In this document: positions 1 through 11,399 of the stretch, piece by piece
Position numbering within the stretch: the first letter of the stretch is position 1
Layout of the letters: every line of letters begins with the position of its first letter
Source of the DNA: Escherichia phage vB_EcoM-RPN226
Direction: 5' to 3' (one strand)
Sequence record: OL770073.2
Length of the DNA: 64,000 nt
The notes under the pieces: generated by a model
What the model was told of the DNA's origin: nothing
Databases searched by the model: none
Seen by the model: the letters and a program-made list of their open reading frames with translations, nothing else
Program-made: the position numbers and the translations under genes

Positions 1-64
1 TTCTTCTGATTGCTACTATGATATTACTGTTTTAACGGAACAACAATATGACGAATGTAGAACT

Positions 65-796
65 TTAGCAGTATAAATATGATTCCCAACAATCTAGAGC
101 ACATCTTTTAGATATAAGTTTTCTGCTTATTCCGGTTTGACGCACAGCTTCTGCTATTGTTGGATATTCTACCCCATCTATACTTACTCTTAGATGGGGT
201 TTCTTTTTACCTCTTTGTGAGTCAGAAATTCGTTTTCTAACTTCATTGGTATGTGTCTGTCCATAATATGGATTATTGATGCCTTTCATATTAAGTGCAG
301 CGTTTCTTTCTTGGAACTTTTTGCTTATTTCTATAGCACGATCTAACCCATAGTGTTCTTCTATAGTTTTACCTTTAATATCTTTAGGTCTACCATGTTT
401 TTGCTTAAGTTCTTCTGGTGATAATTTTGAATTATTATTTTTAATTGCATTTGAAATTTTATTAAGGATTTCTTGCTTTCTTGGGTGATGAGATAAGGTA
501 TCCCCAAACGATGCGTCTGCTATATTATACCCATTTTCCTTTGAGTCATATTCATGTATCCAATAATTTTCACGTTCAATAATGATAGATTTTTCGTATG
601 GAAGTTCTTCTATGATTTTACATACGAAAGCATCTTTCCCATGCTTATTATAAGAACGTTGCAGCTTTATTGAATGATGATTTCCATTATCTAAATCTTT
701 GAAGTGTCGTTTCCATCGTTCTTCAAAATTAATTGCACTTCCTATATAGTGCTTATTGGTTTTAGTGTTTATAATAGCATATATTCCAGATTTCAT
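65..796 (-). CDS. GIY-YIG homing endonuclease, I-TevI-like, free-standing and antisense to nrdA
   Basis: 243-aa ORF; N-terminal GIYAI...HYIGS motif with downstream R, E and N catalytic residues, closely resembling I-TevI; C-terminal HTH-like tail; AGGAGA RBS before ATG. Confidence 0.85.
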   Translation of the reverse strand: MKSGIYAIINTKTNKHYIGSAINFEERWKRHFKDLDNGNHHSIKLQRSYNKHGKDAFVCKIIEELPYEKSIIIERENYWIHEYDSKENGYNIADASFGDTLSHHPRKQEILNKISNAIKNNNSKLSPEELKQKHGRPKDIKGKTIEEHYGLDRAIEISKKFQERNAALNMKGINNPYYGQTHTNEVRKRISDSQRGKKKPHLRVSIDGVEYPTIAEAVRQTGISRKLISKRCALDCWESYLYC

Positions 797-816
797 TATA
801 TTCTCCTATATAAAAT

Positions 817-828
817 TATATTTATATG
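817..828 (-). promoter_or_regulatory. T4-type late promoter (TATAAATA on minus strand) upstream of the GIY-YIG gene
   Basis: plus strand reads TATTTATA about 22 nt upstream of the minus-strand ATG. Confidence 0.45.
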
Positions 829-851
829 GGGTAACTTACTACAGAGGACTT

Positions 852-2285
852 ATGCAATTAATTAATGTTATCAAAAGTAGTGGTGTTTCTCAGAGCTTTG
901 ACCCGCAAAAAATTATTAAAGTTTTATCTTGGGCAGCTGAAGGAACATCTGTAGATCCTTATGAATTATATGAAAATATTAAATCATATCTCCGTGATGG
1001 AATGACAACTGATGACATTCAGACTATTGTCATTAAGGCTGCTGCGAATTCTATTTCAGTTGAAGAGCCTGATTATCAATATGTAGCTGCACGCTGTTTA
1101 ATGTTCGCTCTTCGTAAGCATGTTTACGGGCAATATGAGCCCCGTTCATTTATTGACCATATTTCTTACTGTGTAAATGAAGGTAAATATGACCCTGAAC
1201 TGCTGTCAAAATATTCAGCAGAAGAAATTACATTTTTAGAATCAAAAATTAAGCACGAGCGGGATATGGAATTTACTTATTCCGGGGCGATGCAATTAAA
1301 AGAAAAATATCTCGTTAAAGATAAAACCACTGGTCAAATTTATGAAACTCCGCAGTTTGCATTTATGACTATTGGAATGGCATTGCATCAAGATGAACCT
1401 GTTGACAGATTAAAACATGTTATTCGTTTTTATGAAGCAGTATCTACTCGACAGATTTCACTGCCAACTCCTATTATGGCTGGATGTCGTACTCCAACTC
1501 GACAGTTTAGTTCATGCGTTGTTATTGAAGCAGGTGATTCGCTGAAGTCTATCAATAAGGCTTCTGCTTCAATTGTTGAGTATATTTCTAAACGAGCTGG
1601 AATTGGTATTAACGTTGGTATGATTCGTGCCGAAGGTTCTAAGATTGGCACAGGTGAAGTGCGTCATACTGGTGTTATTCCTTTTTGGAAACATTTTCAG
1701 ACTGCTGTTAAATCATGTTCACAGGGCGGAATTCGTGGCGGCGCTGCTACTGCTTATTATCCTATTTGGCATTTGGAAGTTGAAAATCTTCTCGTTTTGA
1801 AAAATAACAAAGGCGTAGAAGAAAACCGTATCCGTCATATGGATTATGGTGTTCAGCTGAATGACCTAATGATGGAACGATTCGGAAAGAACGATTACAT
1901 TACTTTGTTTAGTCCGCATGAAATGGGTGGCGAACTTTATTATTCTTATTTTAAAGACCAAGACCGCTTCCGTGAATTGTACGAAGCTGCAGAAAAAGAC
2001 CCTAATATTCGTAAAAAGCGTATTAAAGCGCGTGAACTGTTTGAACTACTCATGACTGAACGATCAGGAACAGCGAGGATTTATGTACAGTTCATTGATA
2101 ATACGAATAACTATACTCCATTTATTCGTGAAAAGGCACCTATTCGTCAGAGTAACTTGTGCTGTGAAATTGCTATTCCAACAAATGATGTGAATAGCCA
2201 ACAAACCCGTTTAATCAAAATTAAGAAGTCGGATGTAGCTAAGTTTTATGAAGTTAATCCTGGCGGTATAATTCAAAGCAAATAA
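852..2285 (+). CDS. nrdA: ribonucleotide reductase large subunit NrdA, N-terminal fragment (477 aa; last 26 aa non-homologous)
   Basis: starts MQLINVIKSS; class Ia RNR large-subunit sequence through the NLCCEIAIPTNDVNSQQ active-site motif, then a 26-aa tail and stop; AGAGGA RBS. Confidence 0.9.
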   Translation: MQLINVIKSSGVSQSFDPQKIIKVLSWAAEGTSVDPYELYENIKSYLRDGMTTDDIQTIVIKAAANSISVEEPDYQYVAARCLMFALRKHVYGQYEPRSFIDHISYCVNEGKYDPELLSKYSAEEITFLESKIKHERDMEFTYSGAMQLKEKYLVKDKTTGQIYETPQFAFMTIGMALHQDEPVDRLKHVIRFYEAVSTRQISLPTPIMAGCRTPTRQFSSCVVIEAGDSLKSINKASASIVEYISKRAGIGINVGMIRAEGSKIGTGEVRHTGVIPFWKHFQTAVKSCSQGGIRGGAATAYYPIWHLEVENLLVLKNNKGVEENRIRHMDYGVQLNDLMMERFGKNDYITLFSPHEMGGELYYSYFKDQDRFRELYEAAEKDPNIRKKRIKARELFELLMTERSGTARIYVQFIDNTNNYTPFIREKAPIRQSNLCCEIAIPTNDVNSQQTRLIKIKKSDVAKFYEVNPGGIIQSK

Positions 2286-3108
2286 AGTACACAGACCGTT
2301 AATAAATAATCCATAACAAGAGGAAAAGTTATGGATTATTCTAAAATTTACAATAACCTTATTTCTAAAGCTAAGAACAGAAAATTAGATTGCTATACCG
2401 AATCACACCATATTATACCTCTGTGTATTGGTGGTTCTGATACAAAGGAAAACCTGGCAGATTTGACACCCGAAGAGCATTATATAGCTCATCAATTATT
2501 AGTAAAGATATATCCAGATAATCATAAATTGGTATTTGCCGCTAATATGATGTGTGTGTATTCTGAAGATAATATTGAACGAAAGAACACCAATAAACGC
2601 CATGGGTGGCTTAGAAGAAAATTGGCTATTTCTGTATCTGAAAATAATAAAGGCAAACCAGCTTGGAACAAAGGTATTCCGGTAACTGACGAGCATAGAG
2701 AAAAACTTCAAACAACTTGGGTATTTACTTTCCCGGACGGTCATGAAGAAATCCATAAAGGCCTAAGAGAATTTTGCGAACTACATTCACTCAATGCTTC
2801 GGCAATGTCGGCCGTATGCAAAGGCAAAAGGTCTCAACATAAAGGCTTTAAGTGTCGAAAGTTTGATAATATCTCTGAAAACGATAATCAAGAATACGTC
2901 AGTAAACCTCATCCAAAGGGATTAAAACCCCATAACTTAATTGCTGTAAAAATAAACGGTATAGAATATCAATCAATACATCGAGCATCTAAAGCTCTAG
3001 GAATATCTCGAAAAAAGGTAGAAGAATTAAATGAATATTGATTATGAATTTGTAGATGAATTTTACGAAGATGATGAGTATACAACAATACAAGTTATTG
3101 AAAACAAA
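2205..3108 (+). mobile_element. 904-bp insertion carrying an HNH endonuclease gene, interrupting nrdA between the NSQQ and GEVGLC codons
   Basis: NrdA homology stops at nt 2204 and resumes at nt 3109; the intervening DNA encodes the junction tails and an HNH ORF. Confidence 0.65.
2331..3041 (+). CDS. HNH homing endonuclease (MobE/I-TevIII-like family) inserted in nrdA
   Basis: 236-aa ORF; N-terminal YTESHHIIP...EEHYIAH HNH motif; C-terminal INGIEYQSIHRASKALGIS HTH-like tail; AAGAGGA RBS; stop overlaps start of downstream nrdA fragment. Confidence 0.8.
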   Translation: MDYSKIYNNLISKAKNRKLDCYTESHHIIPLCIGGSDTKENLADLTPEEHYIAHQLLVKIYPDNHKLVFAANMMCVYSEDNIERKNTNKRHGWLRRKLAISVSENNKGKPAWNKGIPVTDEHREKLQTTWVFTFPDGHEEIHKGLREFCELHSLNASAMSAVCKGKRSQHKGFKCRKFDNISENDNQEYVSKPHPKGLKPHNLIAVKINGIEYQSIHRASKALGISRKKVEELNEY

Positions 3109-4020
3109 GGTGAAGTGGGCCTTTGTACCCTTAGCGCATTTGTGCTGGATAACTTCGATTGGCAAGACCAAGATAAAATCAACGAATTAGCAGAAGTTCA
3201 AGTTCGTGCTCTTGATAATCTTTTGGATTACCAAGGATATCCAGTTCCTGAAGCAGAAAAAGCTAAAAAGCGTCGAAACCTTGGCGTAGGTGTTACTAAC
3301 TATGCAGCTTGGCTGGCAAGTAACTTTGCTTCTTATGAAGATGCTAACGATTTAACACATGAACTATTTGAGAGATTACAGTATGGACTCATTAAAGCAT
3401 CCATTAAGCTCGCCAAAGAAAAAGGACCTTGCGAATATTATTCAGACACTCGTTGGTCTCGAGGCGAATTACCTATCGACTGGTACAATAAAAAGATTGA
3501 CCAAATCGCAGCTCCAAAATACGTTTGTGACTGGTCGTCGCTGCGGGAAGACCTTAAGCTCTTTGGCATCCGTAATAGCACATTATCAGCACTTATGCCA
3601 TGTGAGTCATCTTCCCAAGTTTCTAACAGTACAAACGGTATCGAGCCTCCACGTGGACCAGTCTCTGTTAAAGAATCAAAAGAGGGTTCCTTTAATCAAG
3701 TCGTGCCCAATATTGAGCATAACATAGACCTCTATGATTATACGTGGAAATTAGCTAAGAAAGGTAATAAACCTTATCTTACGCAGGTAGCTATTATGCT
3801 GAAATGGGTATGTCAATCAGCTTCAGCGAATACATATTATGACCCGCAGATTTTTCCAAAAGGAAAGGTTCCAATGTCTGTAATGATTGATGACATGCTA
3901 TACGGATGGTATTATGGCATTAAAAACTTCTATTATCATAATACCCGCGATGGTTCTGGTACTGATGATTATGAAATAGAAACTCCAAAAGCTGAAGATT
4001 GTTCATCCTGTAAATTATGA
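3031..4020 (+). CDS. nrdA: ribonucleotide reductase large subunit NrdA, C-terminal fragment (329 aa; first 26 aa non-homologous)
   Basis: contains GEVGLCTLSAF, NSTLSALMPCESSSQ and a C-terminal Cys pair typical of class Ia RNR alpha. Confidence 0.9.
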   Translation: MNIDYEFVDEFYEDDEYTTIQVIENKGEVGLCTLSAFVLDNFDWQDQDKINELAEVQVRALDNLLDYQGYPVPEAEKAKKRRNLGVGVTNYAAWLASNFASYEDANDLTHELFERLQYGLIKASIKLAKEKGPCEYYSDTRWSRGELPIDWYNKKIDQIAAPKYVCDWSSLREDLKLFGIRNSTLSALMPCESSSQVSNSTNGIEPPRGPVSVKESKEGSFNQVVPNIEHNIDLYDYTWKLAKKGNKPYLTQVAIMLKWVCQSASANTYYDPQIFPKGKVPMSVMIDDMLYGWYYGIKNFYYHNTRDGSGTDDYEIETPKAEDCSSCKL

Positions 4021-4071
4021 TATAATTTGACTCACGGACGAGTCACTATCTATTAACTAAGCGGAAAATTT

Positions 4072-5250
4072 ATGAGCACAGTTTTTAATACAAATCCAGT
4101 TGATGTTTTAAAAGAACCTATGTTCTTCGGTTCAGGTCTTGGTATTGCGCGTTATGATATTCAACGCCATAAAGTTTTTGAAGATTTAACCGAAAAGCAA
4201 TTATCATTTTTCTGGCGTCCTGAAGAAGTAAACTTGATGATGGATGCTGCACAATTTAACAAGCTTCCTCAGTATCAGCAAGATATTTTTACTAATAACC
4301 TGAAATATCAATCACTTCTGGATAGTATCCAGGGTCGTGCACCGTCTGCTGTACTTATGTCATTAATTTCAGACCCAAGTCTTGATACATGGGTTGCTAC
4401 ATGGACTTTTAGTGAAACTATTCACAGTCGTTCATATACTCATATCATGCGAAATCTTTATACTGATCCATCGAAGGTATTTGATGAGATTGTACTAGAT
4501 GAAGCTATCATGAAACGTGCTGAATCTATCGGTCGCTATTATGATGATGTTCTGACTAAAACCCGTGAATGGGAAAATGCTAAAGAATTTACAGAACTAG
4601 CTAAAGAATCTCCTGATGCTGTTTTTCGTTTAAATCGAGCTATTAAACAAGAAGCCGAAGCTAAACGAGCACTAATGAAATCTCTTTACCTCTGCCTGCA
4701 CGTAATCAACGCATTGGAAGCTATTCGTTTTTATGTATCTTTCGCATGCACCTTTAACTTCCATAAGAACATGGAAATCATGGAAGGTAATGCCAAGATT
4801 ATGAAGTTCATTGCACGTGATGAGCAGCTTCACCTTAAAGGCACCCAATATATTATTCGTCAACTTCAACTTGGCACTGATGGTGATGAATGGGTTAAAA
4901 TCGCCCAAGAGTGTGAACAAGAAGCAGTTGATATTTTCATGGAAGTTAATCGCCAAGAAAAAGATTGGGCAGTTCATTTATTTAAAGATGGCGATGTTCC
5001 TGGATTAAATACAAATAGCATGTGGAGCTTTATTGATTACTTAACTGTATCTCGTATGAAACAGTGCGGTCTTCCATGCCCAATTACTGATGCTCCGGTT
5101 AAACATCCGTATCCTTGGATTCGTGAATATCTTAATTCTGATAATGTTCAATCCGCGCCACAAGAAGTAGAACTGTCATCTTACCTTGTAGCACAGATTG
5201 ATAATGATGTTGATGATAAAGTTATGATGAGTTTTAAAAAATATTTTTAA
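4072..5250 (+). CDS. nrdB: ribonucleotide reductase small subunit NrdB, uninterrupted
   Basis: 392-aa ORF with R2 ferritin-like motifs; no intron-like interruption. Confidence 0.92.
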   Translation: MSTVFNTNPVDVLKEPMFFGSGLGIARYDIQRHKVFEDLTEKQLSFFWRPEEVNLMMDAAQFNKLPQYQQDIFTNNLKYQSLLDSIQGRAPSAVLMSLISDPSLDTWVATWTFSETIHSRSYTHIMRNLYTDPSKVFDEIVLDEAIMKRAESIGRYYDDVLTKTREWENAKEFTELAKESPDAVFRLNRAIKQEAEAKRALMKSLYLCLHVINALEAIRFYVSFACTFNFHKNMEIMEGNAKIMKFIARDEQLHLKGTQYIIRQLQLGTDGDEWVKIAQECEQEAVDIFMEVNRQEKDWAVHLFKDGDVPGLNTNSMWSFIDYLTVSRMKQCGLPCPITDAPVKHPYPWIREYLNSDNVQSAPQEVELSSYLVAQIDNDVDDKVMMSFKKYF

Positions 5251-5254
5251 GGAG

Positions 5255-5277
5255 TGGGCCGCAAGGCCCATTTTATT
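5255..5277 (+). terminator. hairpin GGGCC-GCAA-GGCCC followed by ATTTTATT after nrdB
   Basis: GC stem-loop plus T-rich tract directly after the nrdB stop. Confidence 0.5.
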
Positions 5278-6865
<1,588 letters not shown>

Positions 6866-6868
6866 GCT

Positions 6869-6899
6869 GTTTACAAGTCCCTCGTGTTGTGTTATAGTA
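6869..6899 (+). promoter_or_regulatory. T4 early-type promoter (GTTTAC -35, TATAGT -10) upstream of alc
   Basis: GTTTACAAGTCCCTCGTGTTGTGTTATAGTA; same element repeated near 18967. Confidence 0.5.
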
Positions 6900-6926
6900 G
6901 ACTTACTGACATAACATGAGGACTTT

Positions 6927-7433
6927 ATGATGGATTTACAGCTTATTACTACTGAAATGGTCGTTGAAGCATACGGTGATACCACGGATGGGATTTCTGT
7001 ATTTAAAGGAAATCGTCGAGTTGGATATATCACCGATCTTAAGAAAGATTTAGCTAAGCAAGTCAAGCGGAAAACGACCATTAAAGAATATCGAAATCGT
7101 CGTCTTGAGCAAGCCCGTGATATGCTTCCTGATGCGGTTGAAGAGATGAAAGTCTTTTTAGAAAATCAACTCGCTAAGTATGATTGTGAAGTATTCATTA
7201 ATCAGACTCAACCCAATGTTCATATCAATAGCTGCAAATGCTATATCATCGTTAATCCTTTAACGGGAAAACATCGTCTTGGAATTAGTAATCCAAATCG
7301 TAGCGCATCAGATATGGCAGAAGATGTTGAGACATGCTTTAAAATTTCTAAATCTCCAGCTGAACATCACATTTTAATTAACGGTCTTTCTCAAGACGAT
7401 ATTATAGAGGTTATTAAAACTTTATGCATGTAA
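6927..7433 (+). CDS. alc: Alc-like protein (inhibitor of host transcription on cytosine DNA)
   Basis: 167/168-aa ORF in the T4 alc position between gene 63 and the pseT cluster. Confidence 0.65.
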   Translation: MMDLQLITTEMVVEAYGDTTDGISVFKGNRRVGYITDLKKDLAKQVKRKTTIKEYRNRRLEQARDMLPDAVEEMKVFLENQLAKYDCEVFINQTQPNVHINSCKCYIIVNPLTGKHRLGISNPNRSASDMAEDVETCFKISKSPAEHHILINGLSQDDIIEVIKTLCM

Positions 7434-7777
7434 GTAATTTTACAGCTGGATTGCTATTACTTGTAATAGCATTCGGCGGAACATCTATTATTTTAAAAAA
7501 TAAGGTAGAAAGATTAGAAACATCGGTTACTGAAATTACAAAAACGGCCAATGAAAACGCTTTAGCATTAAATAATTTGCGAATTCAGTATAATTATATT
7601 GATGCGATGAATAATAAAAATCGTGAGGCAATTGCTGCTATTGAGCGTGAAAATGAAAAACTGCGCAAAGATGCAAAGAAGGCGGATGTGGTGGCTCATA
7701 AGCCAGGATTGGTTGAAAAACAAATCAACAACTCCTTCAACAAGTTCGCAGAAGACATCCAGGACCTTTCTAAATGA
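7424..7777 (+). CDS. hypothetical membrane-anchored protein (pseT.3-like)
   Basis: 117-aa ORF; N-terminal hydrophobic helix then charged coiled-coil-like region. Confidence 0.55.
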   Translation: MHVSNFTAGLLLLVIAFGGTSIILKNKVERLETSVTEITKTANENALALNNLRIQYNYIDAMNNKNREAIAAIERENEKLRKDAKKADVVAHKPGLVEKQINNSFNKFAEDIQDLSK

Positions 7778-8073
7778 TTAAACTATCAGCAGTAATATTA
7801 TCTATTGGTCTTCTAGTTGGTTGTTCGACAAAGCCTCTAGAAGTAAAGAAAGAAACAGTTCATCCTAATTGGCCAGTACAAATAAAGTCATACGATGAAG
7901 CTAAACTATCTTGGCAGGTTAAAGTTATTGATGGTAAAGCTTGGGTCGGTATGCCATTCGAAGATTCCCAGGAATTTCGTATTTGGCTTAATGATGTAAA
8001 ACGATATGTACATGATCAAAAAACTATGATATGTTATTATCGTCAAGAGCTAAAAGAGGATAAATGTAAATGA
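7774..8073 (+). CDS. putative lipoprotein (pseT.2-like)
   Basis: 99-aa ORF; signal peptide with LLVGC lipobox. Confidence 0.55.
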   Translation: MIKLSAVILSIGLLVGCSTKPLEVKKETVHPNWPVQIKSYDEAKLSWQVKVIDGKAWVGMPFEDSQEFRIWLNDVKRYVHDQKTMICYYRQELKEDKCK

Positions 8074-8296
8074 TTTCATGGCATCAATTTGAACATCTCA
8101 AAGGATTGATTTATGAATCCGAGATGGCTGCAATGATTTATGGACGCCAGATTCAACGATTAGAATCTTTACCTCCAACTAATGATGTTTTATTAGCTCA
8201 ATCACGTGCTAATCTTAAAAATGAATACCAAAATAAGTGGGGTAAAGCATCTAAAGACCTGCATGATTATATTCAATCATTGGTTGAGAAAAATAA

Positions 8297-8300
<4 letters not shown>
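8070..8300 (+). CDS. hypothetical protein (pseT.1-like)
   Basis: 76-aa ORF, overlapping stop/start with neighbours. Confidence 0.5.
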
Positions 8301-9518
<1,218 letters not shown>

Positions 9519-9519
<1 letters not shown>

Positions 9520-9716
9520 TGGCTTGGCATCATGAAACTTGGTCTATTGTTATTGTAAATAGTGGTTTAGTTGGTACTAGTAATGGGCAATTTTGTGTAT
9601 TCACTAGTGAAATCAGAGCTTGGGAGGAATGCCTTAAATTAAGAGAAAAGAATCCTGATGTTGAACTAACAGTAAAGAAAACTAAACTGCCTTTACCATG
9701 GAAAACTTATGAATAA
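9519..9716 (+). CDS. hypothetical protein (cd.5-like)
   Basis: 65-aa ORF, start coupled to the pseT stop. Confidence 0.45.
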
Positions 9717-9909
9717 CATAGAAAAGATTTATCAACTTTGCGATAAAATTGAAAAAGAAAAGAAATATCTATTTTGTTTATGGCCTATTGTTGATGGAAG
9801 AATAGACTTAGATATTCTTGATTATGAAACAGAAGACATAGTAGATGGTTCAACTTTTGATAATGCGTTGGATGTTATTAATTGGCTTGAAGAAAATTAT
9901 GTGGGGTGA
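9709..9909 (+). CDS. hypothetical protein (cd.4-like)
   Basis: 66-aa ORF in operon context. Confidence 0.45.
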   Translation: MNNIEKIYQLCDKIEKEKKYLFCLWPIVDGRIDLDILDYETEDIVDGSTFDNALDVINWLEENYVG

Positions 9910-10187
9910 ATATGTTTCCGACTTATTCTAAAATCGTAGAAGTAGTGTTTAGTCAAATTATCGCTAATAATATGTTTGAAAAGCTTGATAACGCAGCCGA
10001 GCTTCGAATTCATGCTCAAGTGACTCATGTATTGAACACTTTGCTTCCAGACCAGGTGGATTCTATTGCAATTACGCTGTATCCGGGTTCCGCGCATATC
10101 ATTGTCGTATTTGGTCTTGATGCTGAGCTAGTCATCAAAGGCGATATTCGCTTTAAATCACAGACATCAGAATTCAAAGCAATTTAA
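9906..10187 (+). CDS. hypothetical protein (cd.3-like)
   Basis: 93-aa ORF in operon context. Confidence 0.45.
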   Translation: MNMFPTYSKIVEVVFSQIIANNMFEKLDNAAELRIHAQVTHVLNTLLPDQVDSIAITLYPGSAHIIVVFGLDAELVIKGDIRFKSQTSEFKAI

Positions 10188-10189
10188 TG

Positions 10190-10219
10190 GTTTACTTTAT
10201 GGTAGAGTTGTGATATTAT
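10190..10219 (+). promoter_or_regulatory. T4 early-type promoter (GTTTAC ... TATTAT) with an overlapping inverted repeat
   Basis: GGTTTACTTTATGGTAGAGTTGTGATATTATAGCTCTACC upstream of the 10250 ORF. Confidence 0.4.
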
Positions 10220-10249
10220 AGCTCTACCAAAACAAATGAGGAAAACAAA

Positions 10250-10486
10250 ATGCTAAGTGAAAAACCAATTACTGTTAAAGAATTCCAAGAAAAAGTTAAA
10301 CTATTTGCTCAGGAATTGGTAAATAAGGTTTCTGAACGATTTCCAGAAACATCGGTTCGTGTTATTACCGAAACTCCTCGTTCAGTATTAGTAATTGTGA
10401 ATCCAGGTGATGGTGACCAAATAACACATCTCAAATTGGATTTTGATGGATTAGTTGAAGCACAAAGGGTGTATGGCGTACTATGA
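10250..10486 (+). CDS. hypothetical protein (cd.2-like)
   Basis: 78-aa ORF with GAGGAAAA RBS. Confidence 0.45.
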   Translation: MLSEKPITVKEFQEKVKLFAQELVNKVSERFPETSVRVITETPRSVLVIVNPGDGDQITHLKLDFDGLVEAQRVYGVL

Positions 10487-10821
10487 TGAATTTAACTGAT
10501 ATAATTGATAATTGTCTTGAAAATGATACTGGCGATCATAGAGCGCTTGATTCTGAAACAGCACAGTTCATTAGAATAACTTTAATGAATGATACTCTAG
10601 TGAATAGTATTCATCCTTCTGTGTATGATGCTATTATTGTGACGAAGTACCCAGTTGAGCTTCACAAAAAGATGGTTGGCGCAATTTTTATTGATAAGAA
10701 AAACCGCTTTAAAGATGGGCAGAATATAATTAGTTCTGTTATTAAAAGTATAACTAAACTTCGTCACGAAATTTATCGTGTTGAAACTGCTAAATCTGCT
10801 TATTTGGTGATTATGAAATGA
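10483..10821 (+). CDS. hypothetical protein (cd.1-like)
   Basis: 112-aa ORF, overlapping stop/start. Confidence 0.45.
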   Translation: MMNLTDIIDNCLENDTGDHRALDSETAQFIRITLMNDTLVNSIHPSVYDAIIVTKYPVELHKKMVGAIFIDKKNRFKDGQNIISSVIKSITKLRHEIYRVETAKSAYLVIMK

Positions 10822-11399
10822 AAGCGAGTACAGTACTTCAAATTGCATATTTAGTATCACAAGAATCAAAATGTTGCTCCTGGAAGGTAGGAGCAGTAAT
10901 TGAAAAGAATGGACGTATTATTTCTACTGGATATAATGGTTCACCTGCAGGTGGTGTGAACTGCTGTGATTATGCTGCTGAGCAAGGTTGGTTGCTGAAT
11001 AAGCCTAAACATACTATCATTCAAGGTCATAAGCCTGAATGTGTATCGTTTGGTTCAACTGATCGTTTTGTCTTGGCGAAAGAACACCGTAGCGCTCACT
11101 CTGAATGGTCGTCTAAAAATGAAATTCATGCTGAACTAAATGCGATTTTGTTTGCTGCACGAAACGGTTCTTCAATTGAAGGTGCTACTATGTATGTAAC
11201 ACTTTCTCCTTGCCCAGATTGTGCAAAAGCGATAGCTCAATCTGGTATTAAAAAGCTGGTTTATTGCGAAACATACGATAAAAATAAACCTGGCTGGGAT
11301 GATATTCTGCGAAATGCAGGTATTGAAGTGTTTAATGTTCCTAAGAAAAACTTGAATAAGTTAAATTGGGAAAATATCAACGAATTCTGTGGTGAATAA
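10818..11399 (+). CDS. cd: dCMP deaminase
   Basis: 193 aa; zinc-binding HAELNAI and PCxxC deaminase motifs. Confidence 0.9.
   Translation: MKASTVLQIAYLVSQESKCCSWKVGAVIEKNGRIISTGYNGSPAGGVNCCDYAAEQGWLLNKPKHTIIQGHKPECVSFGSTDRFVLAKEHRSAHSEWSSKNEIHAELNAILFAARNGSSIEGATMYVTLSPCPDCAKAIAQSGIKKLVYCETYDKNKPGWDDILRNAGIEVFNVPKKNLNKLNWENINEFCGE

Noticed and set aside
2-76. 25-codon open frame running in from the window start
   Set aside because: Too short to identify; the C-terminus does not match what I recall of T4 thymidylate synthase. Mentioned only as context for the convergent GIY-YIG gene.
1430-1651. Short antisense ORFs inside long genes (for example 1430-1651, 2499-2756, 4672-4977, 8745-9074, 37459-37857, 57566-57901)
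   Set aside because: They are fully embedded opposite recognised genes, lack RBS and promoters, and are typical of AT-rich phage DNA.
2205-3108. Possible self-splicing group I intron in nrdA
   Set aside because: The HNH ORF fills most of the insert, leaving about 190 nt for a catalytic core. The flanking exon ends and insert ends do not obviously fit the U/G splice-site rule. The stop/start overlap looks like translational coupling of separate genes. Not fully excluded without cDNA.
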